DNA of 36,528 nt from a virus. Taxonomy: Duplodnaviria > Caudoviricetes. This document shows, piece after piece, positions 33,751 through 36,528 of this stretch (within the stretch, counting starts at the first letter, position 1; every line of letters starts with the position of its first letter). Position numbers and translations under genes: made by a program. A model generated the notes under the pieces. That model saw only the letters and a list, made by a program, of their open reading frames with translations, searched no databases and had not been told where the DNA came from. Location: the IMG/VR virus record IMGVR_UViG_3300032253_000018, positions 1 through 36,528 of that record. One strand, given 5' to 3'.

Positions 33751-34062
33751 TTAATCTAATACCGTAAATGTCTTATAATCACTTATCACTACATTAGTCG
33801 ATGATAATATGGCCTTTCCTTTAACACGCCATAATCCAGAATAATCCAAATCACCCTCGGCTATAGTGTATTTTAAGTATTCATTGGCTAGATAGGTTTC
33901 GTCGTCTACATCTACATTAGCTGTTCCTAATGTTGGCACCACTTCTTTTTGCGTTCCGAGCTTAGGTTGTAAATACATGGCTAACGATGTATTTGTTGAC
34001 ACATCCTCGCCTAGATTAACGTAAATTATCTGGCCGAACTCATTTTTGTTGAAATTTGGCAT
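33751..34062 (-). CDS. Small Ig-like/adaptor virion protein
   Basis: Y.KYT...GDLD..G.W pattern like BppU-type N-terminal domains. Confidence 0.6.
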   Translation of the reverse strand: MPNFNKNEFGQIIYVNLGEDVSTNTSLAMYLQPKLGTQKEVVPTLGTANVDVDDETYLANEYLKYTIAEGDLDYSGLWRVKGKAILSSTNVVISDYKTFTVLD

Positions 34063-34334
34063 TACTGCTTAATCAGTCCTACTGCTGTCCCGCTTGTGCG
34101 AGAAGTAAATTCCCATCGGTATAAAGCATCAGCAGATGAGCTTACACCTGTTTGCTCGGTATTTGCCGTAAAGGCCTCAACATCTACGGCTGTCGTTCCT
34201 TTATCGAAACTTCTTTGTAGTGTTACTGTTCCTGCCCATGTACCGCTTAGGGATGCATCAAAATCACCTTTATCCAGCTTTATCCAAGGCGTAACATCTC
34301 CTGTTGCTAGCATATCTGTTAATACTTCGGCCAT
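34062..34334 (-). CDS. Small beta-rich virion protein
   Basis: SGTW.GTVTLQRSFD.G.T..DV. Confidence 0.7.
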   Translation of the reverse strand: MAEVLTDMLATGDVTPWIKLDKGDFDASLSGTWAGTVTLQRSFDKGTTAVDVEAFTANTEQTGVSSSADALYRWEFTSRTSGTAVGLIKQ

Positions 34335-34357
34335 CGTTATTTCCTCTTAATTTAATC

Positions 34358-35662
34358 CTAGTTTAGCAATACATCTTTTAATATGCTAGATAATGGGGTT
34401 TTTAGTGTATTTTTAGTGAATCCACCGCTACTCGGCGCACTATATAAAAACGTATTTGTATCCCCTGTGCCCACTGTACCATTAGCTTGAATAACATAGT
34501 AATCAGAAGTGTTATTTTGGGTTAAGGGTGCGCCTAACGTATATGTCCCATCAACCGCTACAACAATCGCTAATGAATCCTCTGGTGTGGGGGTTTCATA
34601 AACAACTTGGTCGGTACTGACAGGTGCTGTGCCTGAGTACAAATAAGTAAAGGCCGTATCGTTAGCCGGTGGGTTAGAGGTTAAGGTTGTAAATGAATGT
34701 GTCGTTGGTGGCTCATAAGGCACTACCGCGCTTGTATCTGAGCTCGCATCGTCTGCCGTAAAAGTAAACGTGAAGCCTGTTGAGTTAAATAATGATGCAG
34801 GATCCGCAGGCATACTGAAAGTTACGGTCGTGTCTGTTACTCCTGTGATTGTTGCGCTTACAGAGGTTGTACCGTTCATAACTAGTGTGGCAGTTGCAAA
34901 TGTCGTACCGAATCCTGAGCCTGTTATTGTATTACCTATGCCGCTTGGACGAACGACTGCGGGTTGACCTGTTATTGTTGCACCGCCAACTACCGAAGGT
35001 ACAATAGATAACATATTTTGTGCGGGTTGATAGATTGAAGGGTGATCAACAATGGTAGGTGTACCACTGACAGTCCAAGCTATAACACCCTTCTTGTTAG
35101 TAAGTGTACCAACACCGTCCGTATACATTGTTAAACTCTGGGGACGAACTAATAGTGGGCTAACGCCGCTGGCTAAAGCTGCAATCTCAGCGTCACTTAG
35201 ACCAACATTCCATATTGCGCTCTCAGCAAGACTTGCATCTGTGTATGTATCTGGTGTGTTGGTATTATTAAAACCTAAACAAGTTGAATTTAGTCCTGTT
35301 GGGTTTGTAAGTGTAGTTACATCATTCGCTTCTTGTACGCCATTTACAAATATTCTATGGTCACTATCTGATCTTGCCGTTGCTACTACATGAGCACGAG
35401 TTCCTACTGAATAAGCAGAAGTTGATACAATATTTGTGGCAACACCTCCCGCTCGGTGTTGGTACTGATAAAATCCAGCACCCGATTGCATCATGATTAT
35501 AAAATCAGTTGCGTTTGTGTTGTTGTGCACACCACCATAAACTTCAGTCACTGCACTATTAGCAGGCGTGACAAAAGCAGCAAAGGTCATTGTGCCAGTA
35601 AAAGCATTATTAGTATTATCTACTAACCCTTCGCTAGACGCTGCAACAAAATCAATTGCCAT
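34358..35662 (-). CDS. LamG/ConA-like plus Ig(IPT)-like virion accessory protein
   Basis: T.AA.V.P, HVVAT, .FVNG, AE.AIWN..LSDAEI..LA.G (LamG); TITGSGFG...T...F..P (IPT). Confidence 0.8.
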   Translation of the reverse strand: MAIDFVAASSEGLVDNTNNAFTGTMTFAAFVTPANSAVTEVYGGVHNNTNATDFIIMMQSGAGFYQYQHRAGGVATNIVSTSAYSVGTRAHVVATARSDSDHRIFVNGVQEANDVTTLTNPTGLNSTCLGFNNTNTPDTYTDASLAESAIWNVGLSDAEIAALASGVSPLLVRPQSLTMYTDGVGTLTNKKGVIAWTVSGTPTIVDHPSIYQPAQNMLSIVPSVVGGATITGQPAVVRPSGIGNTITGSGFGTTFATATLVMNGTTSVSATITGVTDTTVTFSMPADPASLFNSTGFTFTFTADDASSDTSAVVPYEPPTTHSFTTLTSNPPANDTAFTYLYSGTAPVSTDQVVYETPTPEDSLAIVVAVDGTYTLGAPLTQNNTSDYYVIQANGTVGTGDTNTFLYSAPSSGGFTKNTLKTPLSSILKDVLLN

Positions 35663-35663
35663 G

Positions 35664-36176
35664 TTAAGTCTCTTTTATATGAATACTATGCAGATATTGA
35701 TCGGCTGCAACAGGTGTGCCTGTGGTTGCAGGTCGGCGTATACGAAGAATAAAATCTTCGTCTACCAACAAACTATCCATTTGAGCACCCGAAGTTAATG
35801 CAACATTGTCAGTAGTAGCTCTACCTACTACTGTTGGAGGTGTTATATCACCAGTATCCTGATAAACATAGGTATGGATTGTTGTATCTAAATCTTCTGC
35901 GTCATCAATACGTCGTATTGCAGCAGCCCATATACCTAAATTAGTTGTTAATCCTGCTCCCCACCGAACGCTTATCGTCAAACCTCCCCCTGCATAGTTA
36001 CTAGGTAAAATACATCTGAAATCTGCGTATTCAACTGTTGTTTGATCAAATGCCAGCACTCTTATTATTTCATTAGGGACAGAAGCCCCCTGAATTTCCT
36101 CCTGACCTGCCGCTAAAGTGTCAGGAAGTGAGGCATTATTCGGGTGTAAGATTAGTAAAGAGTCTCCACTAGCCAT
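35664..36176 (-). CDS. Beta-sandwich virion accessory protein
   Basis: LAFD.TT.E.A.F...LP.NYAGG.LT....W; GGAG RBS. Confidence 0.7.
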   Translation of the reverse strand: MASGDSLLILHPNNASLPDTLAAGQEEIQGASVPNEIIRVLAFDQTTVEYADFRCILPSNYAGGGLTISVRWGAGLTTNLGIWAAAIRRIDDAEDLDTTIHTYVYQDTGDITPPTVVGRATTDNVALTSGAQMDSLLVDEDFILRIRRPATTGTPVAADQYLHSIHIKET

Positions 36177-36201
36177 TATATATTCTCCAATTTAATATTC
36201 A

Positions 36202-36401
36202 TTATGCAAATCCGCCCGTGCTTATTTTAAAACCACTATATCTAAGAGTGTGTATAGCGTTATTATTTTGACCCCAATCAAAAAACGCAATCTTATCCAT
36301 TGAGCCGTTTGTGAAGTGCCTATTAAATATGTTCTGCACGTCTAAATAAACAACACCATCTATTTCAACGTATATTGCACCATCTGCAACCTCATTTGCA
36401 A
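36202..36401 (-). CDS. Junction-spanning 408-aa virion accessory protein, 3' part
   Basis: Frame continues ...LANEVADGAIYVEIDGVVYLDVQNIFNR...YSGFKISTGGFA to TAA at 36204-36202; total 1227 nt. Confidence 0.85.
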
Positions 36402-36528
36402 GAGATGTTCCAGAGCTATATTTGAATCTGAATTTAAACGTGTGTACCTGCCCATAGACAAATGCAAAGTTTGAGCCAAAGTAATTAAAAATACCATTAG
36501 GCGTATTTTGTGTTAGCGGGTAATTATT
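36402..36528. repeat. 127-bp direct terminal repeat (copy 2)
   Basis: Identical to 1-127. Confidence 0.95.

Noticed and set aside
16858-35798. Numerous opposite-strand ORFs in the track (e.g. 16858-17460, 21126-21380, 27548-27814, 28965-29321, 35052-35393)
   Set aside because: They overlap well-supported genes on the other strand and lack recognisable motifs
1-36528. Integrase/att, CI repressor, reverse transcriptase (DGR/retron) or CRISPR-Cas system
   Set aside because: No ORF with recombinase, S24 peptidase, RT or Cas motifs and no template/variable repeat pair noticed by eye

Overview
Apparently complete, circularly permuted genome (about 36,401 bp) of an AT-rich, short-tailed P22-like phage, probably of a Gram-negative (likely gammaproteobacterial) host. 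Bases 1-127 are identical to 36402-36528, and a 408-aa gene reads across that junction. The minus strand carries a Cro-like HTH, NinG, an HNH, an Ig/LamG accessory module, terminase, portal, scaffold, coat, tail hub, ejection proteins, tail fibre and lysis genes. The plus strand carries an early operon: a truncated replication initiator, a C5 methyltransferase, Sak/Rad52, Gp157, a Lar-like protein and many small ORFs. I see no integrase, CI, Q, helicase/loader or polymerase. The most unusual parts are: (i) the 3.5-6.0 kb control region, packed with predicted structured RNAs, including a cassette of three RNA modules each preceded by TAAAGAGTTAT, one being a 140-nt tRNA-like RNA whose anticodon arm is replaced by a branched insert; (ii) a lysis cassette with no recognisable o-spanin but with an unannotated 35-aa Lys/Pro-rich peptide and a minimal collagen-YadA-type autotransporter; (iii) a 17-bp palindromic operator inside four sigma70-type promoters. 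All protein and RNA calls are by-eye motif recognition and base-pairing, with no database search.
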